From: Eledone cirrhosa
Taxonomy: Eukaryota
Assembly: GCA_964016885.1 (NCBI GenBank)
Contig: OZ024743.1
Coordinates: 211,978,001-212,042,000, forward strand
Length of the DNA stretch: 64,000 bases
Reading direction: 5' to 3'
Positions 23,884 to 39,138 of this stretch are shown here, one piece after another (positions within the stretch are counted from its first letter, which is position 1; each line of letters begins with the position of its first letter). Position numbers and translations under genes: made by a program. The notes beneath the pieces were generated by a model. That model had not been told where the DNA came from. It saw nothing but the letters and a program-made list of their open reading frames with translations, and ran no database searches.

Positions 23884-26800
23884 GGGCGGCCGGCCCACAA
23901 TCGAAAAGGTTACTCCGCCTGCAAATCGTCATTTTCGGATTCGTTTTCTTCGAAGCACACCATTCGCCGGCGGACTTCAGCTGCCTCATTTAGCATGGGC
24001 AGTTTTTCTTGAAGATCACACCACACACACCCAATGAGTGTCTGCACATGTACCAGTAATTAGAGATCGATCCGACCACGGGCGGCCGGCCCACGATCGA
24101 GAAAAAGGTAACTCCGCCGGCAAATCGTCATTTTTGTGATCCGTTTTCTTCGAAGCACACCATTCGCCGCCGGACTTCAGCTGCCTCATTTAGCATGGGC
24201 AGTTTTTTTTGAAAATCACACCACACACAACCAATGTGTGTCTGCACATGTACCAGTAATTACAGATCGATCCGACCACGGGCGGCCGGCCCGCGATTGA
24301 AAAGGTAACTCCGCCGGCAAATCGTCATTTTTGTGATTCGTTTTCTTCGAAGCACACCATTCGCCGCCGGACTTCAGCTGCCTCATTTAGCATGGGCAGT
24401 TTTTTTTGAAAATCACACCACACACAACCAATGTGTGTCTGCACATGTACCAGTAATTACAGATCGATCCCACCACGAGTTCAATGTAAACAAACTTACG
24501 CTCAACGACTTTGTTGACGTTTAACACGGTTTGGTTCCACAGCCACAACTATTGATTTTACGGAGATATCTTGCTGAAATTCACGCCACACATAGCCAAT
24601 GAGTGTCTGCACATCTACCAGTAATTACAGATGGATCCCACCACGGGCGGCCGGCCCACAATCGAAACGGTTACTCCGCCTGCAAATCGTCATTTTCGGA
24701 TTCGTTTTCTTCGAAGCACACCATTCGCCGGCGGACTTCAGCTGCCTCATTTAGCATGAGCAGTTTTTCTTGAAGATCACACCACACACAGCCAATGAGT
24801 GTCTGCACATGTACCAGTAATTACAGATGGATCCCACCACGGGCGGCCGGCCCACAATCGAAAAGGTTACTCCGCCTGCAAATCGTCATTTTCGGATTCG
24901 TTTTCTTCGAAGCACACCATTCGCCGGCGGACTTCAGCTGCCTCATTTAGCATGGGCAGTTCTTCTTGAAGATCACACCACACACAGCCAATGAGTGTCT
25001 GCACATGTACCAGTAATTACAGATGGATCCCACCACGGGCGGCCGGCCCACAATCGAAAAGGTTACTCCGCCTGCAAATCGTCATTTTCGGATTCGTTTT
25101 CTTCGAAGCACACCATTCGCCGGCGGACTTCAGCTGCCTCATTTAGCATGGGCAGTTTTTCTTGAAGATCACACCACACACAGCCAATGAGTGTCTGCAC
25201 ATGTACCAGTAATTAGAGATCGATCCGACCACGGGCGGCCGGCCCACGATCGAGAAAATGGTAACTCCGCCGGCAAATCGTCATTTTTGTGATCCGTTTT
25301 CTTCGAAGCACACCATTCGCCGCCGGACTTCAGCTGCCTCATTTAGCATGGGCAGTTTTTTTTGAAAATCACACCACACACAACCAATGTGTGTCTGCAC
25401 ATGTACCAGCAATTACAGATCGATCCCACCACGGGCGGCCGGCCCACAATCGAAAAGGTTACTCCGCCTGCAAATCGTCATTTTCGGATTCGTTTTCTTC
25501 GAAGCACACCATTCGCCGGCGGACTTCAGCTGCCTCATTTAGCATGAGCAGTTTTTCTTGAAGATCACACCACACACAGCCAATGAGTGTCTGCACATGT
25601 ACCAGTAATTACAGATGGATCCCCCCACGGGCGGCCGGCCCACAATCGAAAAGGTTACTCCGCCTGCAAATCGTCATTTTCGGATTCGTTTTCTTCGAAG
25701 CACACCATTCGCCGGCGGACTTCAGCTGCCTCATTTAGCATGAGCAGTTTTTCTTGAAGATCACACCACACACAGCCAATGAGTGTCTGCACATGTACCA
25801 GTAATTACAGATGGATCCCACCACGGGCGGCCGGCCGACAATCGAAAAGGTTACTCCGCCTGCAAATCGTCATTTTCGGATTCGTTTTCTTCGAAGCACA
25901 CCATTCGCCGGCGGACTTCAGCTGCCTCATTTAGCATGGGCAGTTTTTCTTGAAGATCACACCACACACAGCCAATGAGTGTCTGCACATGTACCAGTAA
26001 TTACAGATGGATCCCACCACGGGCGGCCGGCCCACAATCGAAAAGGTTACTCCGCCTGCAAATCGTCATTTTCGGATTCGTTTTCTTCGAAGCACACCAT
26101 TCGCCGGCGGACTTCAGCTGCCTCATTTAGCATGGGCAGTTTTTCTTGAAGATCACACCACACACAGCCAATGAGTGTCTGCACATGTACCAGTAATTAG
26201 AGATCGATCCGACCACGGGCGGCCGGCCCACGATCGAGAAAAAGGTAACTCCGCCGGCAAATCGTCATTTTTGTGATCCGTTTTCTTCGAAGCACACCAT
26301 TCGCCGCCGGACTTCAGCTGCCTCATTTAGCATGGGCAGTTTTTTTTGAAAATCACACCACACACAACCAATGTGTGTCTGCACATGTACCAGTAATTAT
26401 AGATCGATCCGACCACGGGCGGCCGGCCCGTGATTTAAAAGGTAACTCCGCCAGCAAATCGTCATTTTTGTGATTCGTTTTCTTCGAAGCACACCATTCG
26501 CCGCCGGACTTCAGCTGCCTCATTTAGCATGGGCAGTTTTTTTTGAAAATCACACCACACACAACCAATGTGTGTCTGCACATGTACCAGTAATTACAGA
26601 TCGATCCCACCACGAGTTCAATGTAAACAAACTTACGCTCAACGACTTTGTTGACGTTTAACACGGTTTGGTTCCACAGCCACAACTATTGATTTTAAGG
26701 AGATATCTTGCTGAAATTCACGCCACACATAGCCAATGAGTGTCTGCACATGTACCAGTAATTAGAGATCGATCCGACCACGGGCGGCCGGCCCACGATC

Positions 26801-29144
26801 GAGGAAAAGGTAACTCCGCCGGCAAATCGTCATTTTTGTGATCCGTTTTCTTCGAAGCACACCATTCGCCGCCGGACTTCAGCTGCCTCATGTAGCATGG
26901 GCAGTTTTTTTTGAAAATCACACCACACACAACCAATGTGTGTCTGCACATGTACCAGTAATTACAGATCGATCCCACCACGGGCGGCCGGCCCACAATC
27001 GAAAAGGTTACTCCGCCTGCAAATCGTCATTTTCGGATTCGTTTTCTTCGAAGCACACCATTCGCCGGCGGACTTCAGCTGCCTCATTTAGCATGAGCAG
27101 TTTTTCTTGAAGATCACACCACACACAGCCAATGAGTGTCTGCACATGTACCAGTAATTACAGATGGATCCCCCCACGGGCGGCCGGCCCACAATCGAAA
27201 AGGTTACTCCGCCTGCAAATCGTCATTTTCGGATTCGTTTTCTTCGAAGCACACCATTCGCCGGCGGACTTCAGCTGCCTCATTTAGCATGAGCAGTTTT
27301 TCTTGAAGATCACACCACACACAGCCAATGAGTGTCTGCACATGTACCAGTAATTACAGATGGATCCCACCACGGGCGGCCGGCCCACAATCGAAAAGGT
27401 TACTCCGCCTGCAAATCGTCATTTTCGGATTCGTTTTCTTCGAAGCACACCATTCGCCGGCGGACTTCAGCTGCCTTATTTAGCATGGGCAGTTTTTCTT
27501 GAAAATCACACCACACACAACCAATGTGTGTCTGCACATGTACCAGTAATTACAGATCGATCCCACCACGAGTTCAATGTAAACAAACTTACGCTCAACG
27601 ACTTTGTTGACGTTTAACACGGTTTGGTTCCACAGCCACAACTATTGATTTTAAGGAGATATCTTGCTGAAATTCACGCCACACATAGCCAATGAGTGTC
27701 TGCACATGTACCAGTAATTACAGATCGATCCGACCACGGACGGCCGGCCCGCGATTGAAAAGGTAACTCCGCCGGCAAATCGTCATTTTTGGATTCGTTT
27801 TCTTCGAAGCACACCATTCGCCGGCGTACTTTGTTGACGTTTAACACGGTTTGGTTCCACAGCCACAACTATTGATTTTAAGGAGATATCTTGCTGAAAT
27901 TCACGCCACACATAGCCAATGAGTGTCTGCACATGTACCAGTAATTACAGATGGATCCCACCACGGGCGGCCGGCCCACAATCGAAAAGGTTACTCCGCC
28001 TGCAAATCGTCATTTTCGGATTCGTTTTCTTCGAAGCACACCATTCGCCGGCGGACTTCAGCTGCCTCATTTAGCATGGGCAGTTTTTCTTGAAGATCAC
28101 ACCACACACAGCCAATGAGTGTCTGCACATGTACCAGTAATTAGAGATCGATCCGACCACGGGCGGCCGGCCCACGATCGAGAAAAAGGTAACTCCGCCG
28201 GCAAATCGTCATTTTTGTGATCCGTTTTCTTCGAAGCACACCATTCGCCGCCGGACTTCAGCTGCCTCATTTAGCATGGGCAGTTTTTTTTGAAAATCAC
28301 ACCACACACAACCAATGTGTGTCTGCACATGTACCAGTAATTACAGATCGATCCCACCACGGGCGGCCGGCCCACAATCGAAAAGGTTACTCCGCCTGCA
28401 AATCGTCATTTTCGGATTCGTTTTCTTCGAAGCACACCATTCGCCGGCGGACTTCAGCTGCCTCATTTAGCATGAGCAGTTTTTCTTGAAGATCACACCA
28501 CACACAGCCAATGAGTGTCTGCACATGTACCAGTAATTACAGATGGATCCCCCCACGGGCGGCCGGCCCACAATCGAAAAGGTTACTCCGCCTGCAAATC
28601 GTCATTTTCGGATTCGTTTTCTTCGAAGCACACCATTCGCCGGCGGACTTCAGCTGCCTCATTTAGCATGAGCAGTTTTTCTTGAAGATCACACCACACA
28701 CAGCCAATGAGTGTCTGCACATGTACCAGTAATTACAGATGGATCCCACCACGGGCGGCCGGCCCACAATCGAAAAGGTTACTCCGCCTGCAAATCGTCA
28801 TTTTCGGATTCGTTTTCTTCGAAGCACACCATTCGCCGGCGGACTTCAGCTGCCTCATTTAGCATGGGCAGTTTTTCTTGAAGATCACACCACACACAGC
28901 CAATGAGTGTCTGCACATGTACCAGTAATTACAGATGGATCCCACCACGGGCGGCCGGCCCACAATTGAAAAGGTTACTCCGCCTGCAAATCGTCATTTT
29001 CGGATTCGTTTTCTTCGAAGCACACCATTTGCCGGCGGACTTCAGCTGCCTCATTTAGCATGGGCAGTTTTTCTTGAAGATCACACCACACACAGCCAAT
29101 GAGTGTCTGCACATGTACCAGTAATTAGAGATCGATCCGACCAC

Positions 29145-32100
29145 GGGCGGCCGGCCCACGATCGAGGAAAAGGTAACTCCGCCGGCAAATCGTCATTTTT
29201 GTGATCCGTTTTCTTCGAAGCACACCATTCGCCGCCGGACTTCAGCTGCCTCATTTAGCATGGGCAGTTTTTTTTGAAAATCACACCACACACAACCAAT
29301 GTGTGTCTGCACATGTACCAGTACTTACAGATCGATCCCACCACGGGCGGCCGGCCCACAATCGAAAAGGTTACTCCGCCTGCAAATCGTCATTTTCGGA
29401 TTCGTTTTCTTCGAAGCACACCATTCGCCGGCGGACTTCAGCTGCCTCATTTAGCATGAGCAGTTTTTCTTGAAGATCACACCACACACAGCCAATGAGT
29501 GTCTGCACATGTACCAGTAATTACAGATGGATCCCCCCACGGGCGGCCGGCCCACAATCGAAAAGGTTACTCCGCCTGCAAATCGTCATTTTCGGATTCG
29601 TTTTCTTCGAAGCACACCATTCGCCGGCGGACTTCAGCTGCCTCATTTAGCATGAGCAGTTTTTCTTGAAGATCACACCACACACAGCCAATGAGTGTCT
29701 GCACATGTACCAGTAATTACAGATGGATCCCACCACGGGCGGCCGGCCCACAATCGAAAAGGTTACTCCGCCTGCAAATCGTCATTTTCGGATTCGTTTT
29801 CTTCGAAGCACACCATTCGCCGGCGGACTTCAGCTGCCTTATTTAGCATGGGCAGTTTTTCTTGAAGATCACACCACACACAGCCAATGAGTGTCTGCAC
29901 ATGTACCAGTAATTAGAGATCGATCCGACCACGGGCGGCCGGCCCACGATCGAGAAAAAGGTAACTCCGCCGGCAAATAGTCATTTTTGTGATCCGTTTT
30001 CTTCGAAGCACACCATTCGCCGCCGGACTTCAGCTGCCTCATTTAGCATGGGCAGTTTTTTTTGAAAATCACACCACACACAACCAATGTGTGTCTGCAC
30101 ATGTACCAGTAATTACAGATCGATCCGACCACGGGCGGCCGGCCCGCGATTGAAAAGGTAACTCCGCCGGCAAATCGTCATTTTTGTGATTCGTTTTCTT
30201 CGAAGCACACCATTCGCCGCCGGACTTCAGCTGCCTCATTTAGCATGGGCAGTTTTTTTTGAAAATCACACCACACACAACCAATGTGTGTCTGCACATG
30301 TACCAGTAATTACAGATCGATCCCACCACGAGTTCAATGTAAACAAACTTACGCTCAACGACTTTGTTGACGTTTAACACGGTTTGGTTCCACAGCCACA
30401 ACTATTGATTTTAAGGAGATATCTTGCTGAAATTCACGCCACACATAGCCAATGAGTGTCTGCACATGTACCAGTAATTACAGATGGATCCCACCACGGG
30501 CGGCCGGCCCACAATCGAAAAGGTTACTCCGCCTGCAAATCGTCATTTTCGGATTCGTTTTCTTCGAAGCACACCATTCGCCGGCGGACTTCAGCTGCCT
30601 CATTTAGCATGGGCAGTTTTTCTTGAAGATCACACCACACACAGCCAATGAGTGTCTGCACATGTACCAGTAATTAGAGATCGATCCGACCACGGGCGGC
30701 CGGCCCACGATCGAGAAAAAGGTAACTCCGCCGGCAAATCGTCATTTTTGTGATCCGTTTTCTTCGAAGCACACCATTCGCCGCCGGACTTCAGCTGCCT
30801 CATTTAGCATGGGCAGTTTTTTTTGAAAATCACACCACACACAACCAATGTGTGTCTGCACATGTACCAGTAATTACAGATCGATCCCACCACGGGCGGC
30901 CGGCCCACAATCGAAAAGGTTACTCCGCCTGCAAATCGTCATTTTCGGATTCGTTTTCTTCGAAGCACACCATTCGCCGGCGGACTTCAGCTGCCTCATT
31001 TAGCATGAGCAGTTTTTCTTGAAGATCACACCACACACAGCCAATGAGTGTCTGCACATGTACCAGTAATTACAGATGGATCCCCCCACGGGCGGCCGGC
31101 CCACAATCGAAAAGGTTACTCCGCCTGCAAATCGTCATTTTCGGATTCGTTTTCTTCGAAGCACACCATTCGCCGGCGGACTTCAGCTGCCTCATTTAGC
31201 ATGAGCAGTTTTTCTTGAAGATCACACCACACACAGCCAATGAGTGTCTGCACATGTACCAGTAATTACAGATGGATCCCACCACGGGCGGCCGGCCCAC
31301 AATCGAAAAGGTTACTCCGCCTGCAAATCGTCATTTTCGGATTCGTTTTCTTCGAAGCACACCATTCGCCGGCGGACTTCAGCTGCCTCATTTAGCATGG
31401 GCAGTTTTTCTTGAAGATCACACCACACACAGCCAATGAGTGTCTGCACATGTACCAGTAATTACAGATGGATCCCACCACGGGCGGCCGGCCCACAATT
31501 GAAAAGGTTACTCCGCCTGCAAATCGTCATTTTCGGATTCGTTTTCTTCGAAGCACACCATTCGCCGGCGGACTTCAGCTGCCTCATTTAGCATGGGCAG
31601 TTTTTCTTGAAGATCACACCACACACAGCCAATGAGTGTCTGCACATGTACCAGTAATTAGAGATCGATCCGACCACGGGCGGCCGGCCCACGATCGAGG
31701 AAAAGGTAACTCCGCCGGCAAATCGTCATTTTTGTGATCCGTTTTCTTCGAAGCACACCATTCGCCGCCGGACTTCAGCTGCCTCATTTAGCATGGGCAG
31801 TTTTTTTTGAAAATCACACCACACACAACCAATGTGTGTCTGCACATGTACCAGTAATTACAGATCGATCCCACCACGGGCGGCCGGCCCACAATCGAAA
31901 AGGTTACTCCGCCTGCAAATCGTCATTTTCGGATTCGTTTTCTTCGAAGCACACCATTCGCCGGCGGACTTCAGCTGCCTCATTTAGCATGAGCAGTTTT
32001 TCTTGAAGATCACACCACACACAGCCAATGAGTGTCTGCACATGTACCAGTAATTACAGATGGATCCCCCCACGGGCGGCCGGCCCACAATCGAAAAGGT

Positions 32101-35100
32101 TACTCCGCCTGCAAATCGTCATTTTCGGATTCGTTTTCTTCGAAGCACACCATTCGCCGGCGGACTTCAGCTGCCTCATTTAGCATGAGCAGTTTTTCTT
32201 GAAGATCACACCACACACAGCCAATGAGTGTCTGCACATGTACCAGTAATTACAGATGGATCCCACCACGGGCGGCCGGCCCACAATCGAAAAGGTTACT
32301 CCGCCTGCAAATCGTCATTTTCGGATTCGTTTTCTTCGAAGCACACCATTCGCCGGCGGACTTCAGCTGCCTCATTTAGCATGGGCAGTTTTTCTTGAAG
32401 ATCACACCACACACAGCCAATGAGTGTCTGCACATGTACCAGTAATTACAGATGGATCCCACCACGGGCGGCCGGCCCACAATTGAAAAGGTTACTCCGC
32501 CTGCAAATCGTCATTTTCGGATTCGTTTTCTTCGAAGCACACCATTCGCCGGCGGACTTCAGCTGCCTCATTTAGCATGGGCAGTTTTTCTTGAAGATCA
32601 CACCACACACAGCCAATGAGTGTCTGCACATGTACCAGTAATTAGAGATCGATCCGACCACGGGCGGCCGGCCCACGATCGAGGAAAAGGTAACTCCGCC
32701 GGCAAATCGTCATTTTTGTGATCCGTTTTCTTCGAAGCACACCATTCGCCGCCGGACTTCAGCTGCCTCATTTAGCATGGGCAGTTTTTTTTGAAAATCA
32801 CACCACACACAACCAATGTGTGTCTGCACATGTACCAGTAATTACAGATCGATCCCACCACGGGCGGCCGGCCCACAATCGAAAAGGTTACTCCGCCTGC
32901 AAATCGTCATTTTCGGATTCGTTTTCTTCGAAGCACACCATTCGCCGGCGGACTTCAGCTGCCTCATTTAGCATGAGCAGTTTTTCTTGAAGATCACACC
33001 ACACACAGCCAATGAGTGTCTGCACATGTACCAGTAATTACAGATGGATCCCCCCACGGGCGGCCGGCCCACAATCGAAAAGGTTACTCCGCCTGCAAAT
33101 CGTCATTTTCGGATTCGTTTTCTTCGAAGCACACCATTCGCCGGCGGACTTCAGCTGCCTCATTTAGCATGAGCAGTTTTTCTTGAAGATCACACCACAC
33201 ACAGCCAATGAGTGTCTGCACATGTACCAGTAATTACAGATGGATCCCACCACGGGCGGCCGGCCCACAATCGAAAAGGTTACTCCGCCTGCAAATCGTC
33301 ATTTTCGGATTCGTTTTCTTCGAAGCACACCATTCGCCGGCGGACTTCAGCTGCCTTATTTAGCATGGGCAGTTTTTCTTGAAGATCACACCACACACAG
33401 CCAATGAGTGTCTGCACATGTACCAGTAATTAGAGATCGATCCGACCACGGGCGGCCGGCCCACGATCGAGAAAAAGGTAACTCCGCCGGCAAATAGTCA
33501 TTTTTGTGATCCGTTTTCTTCGAAGCACACCATTCGCCGCCGGACTTCAGCTGCCTCATTTAGCATGGGCAGTTTTTTTTGAAAATCACACCACACACAA
33601 CCAATGTGTGTCTGCACATGTACCAGTAATTACAGATCGATCCGACCACGGGCGGCCGGCCCGCGATTGAAAAGGTAACTCCGCCGGCAAATCGTCATTT
33701 TTGTGATTCGTTTTCTTCGAAGCACACCATTCGCCGCCGGACTTCAGCTGCCTCATTTAGCATGGGCAGTTTTTTTTGAAAATCACACCACACACAACCA
33801 ATGTGTGTCTGCACATGTACCAGTAATTACAGATCGATCCCACCACGAGTTCAATGTAAACAAACTTACGCTCAACGACTTTGTTGACGTTTAACACGGT
33901 TTGGTTCCACAGCCACAACTATTGATTTTAAGGAGATATCTTGCTGAAATTCACGCCACACATAGCCAATGAGTGTCTGCACATGTACCAGTAAGTACAG
34001 ATCGATCCGACCACGGACGGCCGGCCCGCGATTGAAAAGGTAACTCCGCCGGCAAATCGTCATTTTTGGATTCGTTTTCTTCGAAGCACACCATTCGCCG
34101 GCGTACTTTGTTGACGTTTAACACGGTTTGGTTCCACAGCCACAACTATTGATTTTAAGGAGATATCTTGCTGAAATTCACGCCACACATAGCCAATGAG
34201 TGTCTGCACATGTACCAGTAATTACAGATGGATCCCCCCACGGGCGGCCGGCCCACAATCGAAAAGGTTACTCCGCCTGCAAATCGTCATTTTCGGATTC
34301 GTTTTCTTCGAAGCACACCATTCGCCGGCGGACTTCAGCTGCCTCATTTAGCATGAGCAGTTTTTCTTGAAGATCACACCACACACAGCCAATGAGTGTC
34401 TGCACATGTACCAGTAATTACAGATGGATCCCCCCACGGGCGGCCGGCCCACAATCGAAAAGGTTACTCCGCCTGCAAATCGTCATTTTCGGATTCGTTT
34501 TCTTCGAAGCACACCATTCGCCGGCGGACTTCAGCTGCCTCATTTAGCATGAGCAGTTTTTCTTGAAGATCACACCACACACAGCCAATGAGTGTCTGCA
34601 CATGTACCAGTAATTACAGATGGATCCCACCACGGGCGGCCGGCCCACAATCGAAAAGGTTACTCCGCCTGCAAATCGTCATTTTCGGATTCGTTTTCTT
34701 CGAAGCACACCATTCGCCGGCGGACTTCAGCTGCCTCATTTAGCATGGGCAGTTTTTCTTGAAGATCACACCACACACAGCCAATGAGTGTCTGCACATG
34801 TACCAGTAATTACAGATGGATCCCACCACGGGCGGCCGGCCCACAATTGAAAAGGTTACTCCGCCTGCAAATCGTCATTTTCGGATTCGTTTTCTTCGAA
34901 GCACACCATTCGCCGGCGGACTTCAGCTGCCTCATTTAGCATGGGCAGTTTTTCTTGAAGATCACACCACACACAGCCAATGAGTGTCTGCACATGTACC
35001 AGTAATTAGAGATCGATCCGACCACGGGCGGCCGGCCCACGATCGAGGAAAAGGTAACTCCGCCGGCAAATCGTCATTTTTGTGATCCGTTTTCTTCGAA

Positions 35101-38100
35101 GCACACCATTCGCCGCCGGACTTCAGCTGCCTCATTTAGCATGGGCAGTTTTTTTTGAAAATCACACCACACACAACCAATGTGTGTCTGCACATGTACC
35201 AGTACTTACAGATCGATCCCACCACGGGCGGCCGGCCCACAATCGAAAAGGTTACTCCGCCTGCAAATCGTCATTTTCGGATTCGTTTTCTTCGAAGCAC
35301 ACCATTCGCCGGCGGACTTCAGCTGCCTCATTTAGCATGAGCAGTTTTTCTTGAAGATCACACCACACACAGCCAATGAGTGTCTGCACATGTACCAGTA
35401 ATTACAGATGGATCCCCCCACGGGCGGCCGGCCCACCATCGAAAAGGTTACTCCGCCTGCAAATCGTCATTTTCGGATTCGTTTTCTTCGAAGCACACCA
35501 TTCGCCGGCGGACTTCAGCTGCCTCATTTAGCATGAGCAGTTTTTCTTGAAGATCACACCACACACAGCCAATGAGTGTCTGCACATGTACCAGTAATTA
35601 CAGATGGATCCCACCACGGGCGGCCGGCCCACAATCGAAAAGGTTACTCCGCCTGCAAATCGTCATTTTCGGATTCGTTTTCTTCGAAGCACACCATTCG
35701 CCGGCGGACTTCAGCTGCCTTATTTAGCATGGGCAGTTTTTCTTGAAGATCACACCACACACAGCCAATGAGTGTCTGCACATGTACCAGTAATTAGAGA
35801 TCGATCCGACCACGGGCGGCCGGCCCACGATCGAGAAAAAGGTAACTCCGCCGGCAAATAGTCATTTTTGTGATCCGTTTTCTTCGAAGCACACCATTCG
35901 CCGCCGGACTTCAGCTGCCTCATTTAGCATGGGCAGTTTTTTTTGAAAATCACACCACACACAACCAATGTGTGTCTGCACATGTACCAGTAATTACAGA
36001 TCGATCCGACCACGGGCGGCCGGCCCGCGATTGAAAAGGTAACTCCGCCGGCAAATCGTCATTTTTGTGATTCGTTTTCTTCGAAGCACACCATTCGCCG
36101 CCGGACTTCAGCTGCCTCATTTAGCATGGGCAGTTTTTTTTGAAAATCACACCACACACAACCAATGTGTGTCTGCACATGTACCAGTAATTACAGATCG
36201 ATCCCACCACGAGTTCAATGTAAACAAACTTACGCTCAACGACTTTGTTGACGTTTAACACGGTTTGGTTCCACAGCCACAACTATTGATTTTAAGGAGA
36301 TATCTTGCTGAAATTCACGCCACACATAGCCAATGAGTGTCTGCACATGTACCAGTAATTACAGATGGATCCCACCACGGGCGGCCGGCCCACAATCGAA
36401 AAGGTTACTCCGCCTGCAAATCGTCATTTTCGGATTCGTTTTCTTCGAAGCACACCATTCGCCGGCGGACTTCAGCTGCCTCATTTAGCATGGGCAGTTT
36501 TTCTTGAAGATCACACCACACACAGCCAATGAGTGTCTGCACATGTACCAGTAATTAGAGATCGATCCGACCACGGGCGGCCGGCCCACGATCGAGAAAA
36601 AGGTAACTCCGCCGGCAAATCGTCATTTTTGTGATCCGTTTTCTTCGAAGCACACCATTCGCCGCCGGACTTCAGCTGCCTCATTTAGCATGGGCAGTTT
36701 TTTTTGAAAATCACACCACACACAACCAATGTGTGTCTGCACATGTACCAGTAATTACAGATCGATCCCACCACGGGCGGCCGGCCCACAATCGAAAAGG
36801 TTACTCCGCCTGCAAATCGTCATTTTCGGATTCGTTTTCTTCGAAGCACACCATTCGCCGGCGGACTTCAGCTGCCTCATTTAGCATGAGCAGTTTTTCT
36901 TGAAGATCACACCACACACAGCCAATGAGTGTCTGCACATGTACCAGTAATTACAGATGGATCCCCCCACGGGCGGCCGGCCCACAATCGAAAAGGTTAC
37001 TCCGCCTGCAAATCGTCATTTTCGGATTCGTTTTCTTCGAAGCACACCATTCGCCGGCGGACTTCAGCTGCCTCATTTAGCATGAGCAGTTTTTCTTGAA
37101 GATCACACCACACACAGCCAATGAGTGTCTGCACATGTACCAGTAATTACAGATGGATCCCACCACGGGCGGCCGGCCCACAATCGAAAAGGTTACTCCG
37201 CCTGCAAATCGTCATTTTCGGATTCGTTTTCTTCGAAGCACACCATTCGCCGGCGGACTTCAGCTGCCTCATTTAGCATGGGCAGTTTTTCTTGAAGATC
37301 ACACCACACACAGCCAATGAGTGTCTGCACATGTACCAGTAATTACAGATGGATCCCACCACGGGCGGCCGGCCCACAATTGAAAAGGTTACTCCGCCTG
37401 CAAATCGTCATTTTCGGATTCGTTTTCTTCGAAGCACACCATTCGCCGGCGGACTTCAGCTGCCTCATTTAGCATGGGCAGTTTTTCTTGAAGATCACAC
37501 CACACACAGCCAATGAGTGTCTGCACATGTACCAGTAATTAGAGATCGATCCGACCACGGGCGGCCGGCCCACGATCGAGGAAAAGGTAACTCCGCCGGC
37601 AAATCGTCATTTTTGTGATCCGTTTTCTTCGAAGCACACCATTCGCCGCCGGACTTCAGCTGCCTCATTTAGCATGGGCAGTTTTTTTTGAAAATCACAC
37701 CACACACAACCAATGTGTGTCTGCACATGTACCAGTAATTACAGATCGATCCCACCACGGGCGGCCGGCCCACAATCGAAAAGGTTACTCCGCCTGCAAA
37801 TCGTCATTTTCGGATTCGTTTTCTTCGAAGCACACCATTCGCCGGCGGACTTCAGCTGCCTCATTTAGCATGAGCAGTTTTTCTTGAAGATCACACCACA
37901 CACAGCCAATGAGTGTCTGCACATGTACCAGTAATTACAGATGGATCCCCCCACGGGCGGCCGGCCCACAATCGAAAAGGTTACTCCGCCTGCAAATCGT
38001 CATTTTCGGATTCGTTTTCTTCGAAGCACACCATTCGCCGGCGGACTTCAGCTGCCTCATTTAGCATGAGCAGTTTTTCTTGAAGATCACACCACACACA

Positions 38101-39138
38101 GCCAATGAGTGTCTGCACATGTACCAGTAATTACAGATGGATCCCACCACGGGCGGCCGGCCCACAATCGAAAAGGTTACTCCGCCTGCAAATCGTCATT
38201 TTCGGATTCGTTTTCTTCGAAGCACACCATTCGCCGGCGGACTTCAGCTGCCTTATTTAGCATGGGCAGTTTTTCTTGAAGATCACACCACACACAGCCA
38301 ATGAGTGTCTGCACATGTACCAGTAATTAGAGATCGATCCGACCACGGGCGGCCGGCCCACGATCGAGAAAAAGGTAACTCCGCCGGCAAATAGTCATTT
38401 TTGTGATCCGTTTTCTTCGAAGCACACCATTCGCCGCCGGACTTCAGCTGCCTCATTTAGCATGGGCAGTTTTTTTTGAAAATCACACCACACACAACCA
38501 ATGTGTGTCTGCACATGTACCAGTAATTACAGATCGATCCGACCACGGGCGGCCGGCCCGCGATTGAAAAGGTAACTCCGCCGGCAAATCGTCATTTTTG
38601 TGATTCGTTTTCTTCGAAGCACACCATTCGCCGCCGGACTTCAGCTGCCTCATTTAGCATGGGCAGTTTTTTTTGAAAATCACACCACACACAACCAATG
38701 TGTGTCTGCACATGTACCAGTAATTACAGATCGATCCCACCACGAGTTCAATGTAAACAAACTTACGCTCAACGACTTTGTTGACGTTTAACACGGTTTG
38801 GTTCCACAGCCACAACTATTGATTTTAAGGAGATATCTTGCTGAAATTCACGCCACACATAGCCAATGAGTGTCTGCACATGTACCAGTAATTACAGATC
38901 GATCCGACCACGGACGGCCGGCCCGCGATTGAAAAGGTAACTCCGCCGGCAAATCGTCATTTTTGGATTCGTTTTCTTCGAAGCACACCATTCGCCGGCG
39001 TACTTTGTTGACGTTTAACATGGTTTGGTTCCACAGCCACAACTATTGATTTTAAGGAGATATCTTGCTGAAATTCACGCCACACATAGCCAATGAGTGT
39101 CTGCACATGTACCAGTAATTACAGATGGATCCCCCCAC
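29145..39138 (+). repeat. Duplicated block with 5881 bp offset; first copy carries an extra 984 bp B-A4 unit
   Basis: ORF pairs 29201/35082, 30186/36067, 30750/36631 and 31734/37615 are offset by 5881, and 33703/38600 by 4897 (=5881-984). The private variant GTACTTAC occurs at ~29324 and ~35205. Confidence 0.8.
30694..32661 (+). repeat. Tandem 984 bp pentamer (B-A-A-A-A) x2
   Basis: ORF starts 30750, 31734 and 32718 are spaced 984 = 200+4x196, with the same order of A sub-variants in both copies. Confidence 0.85.
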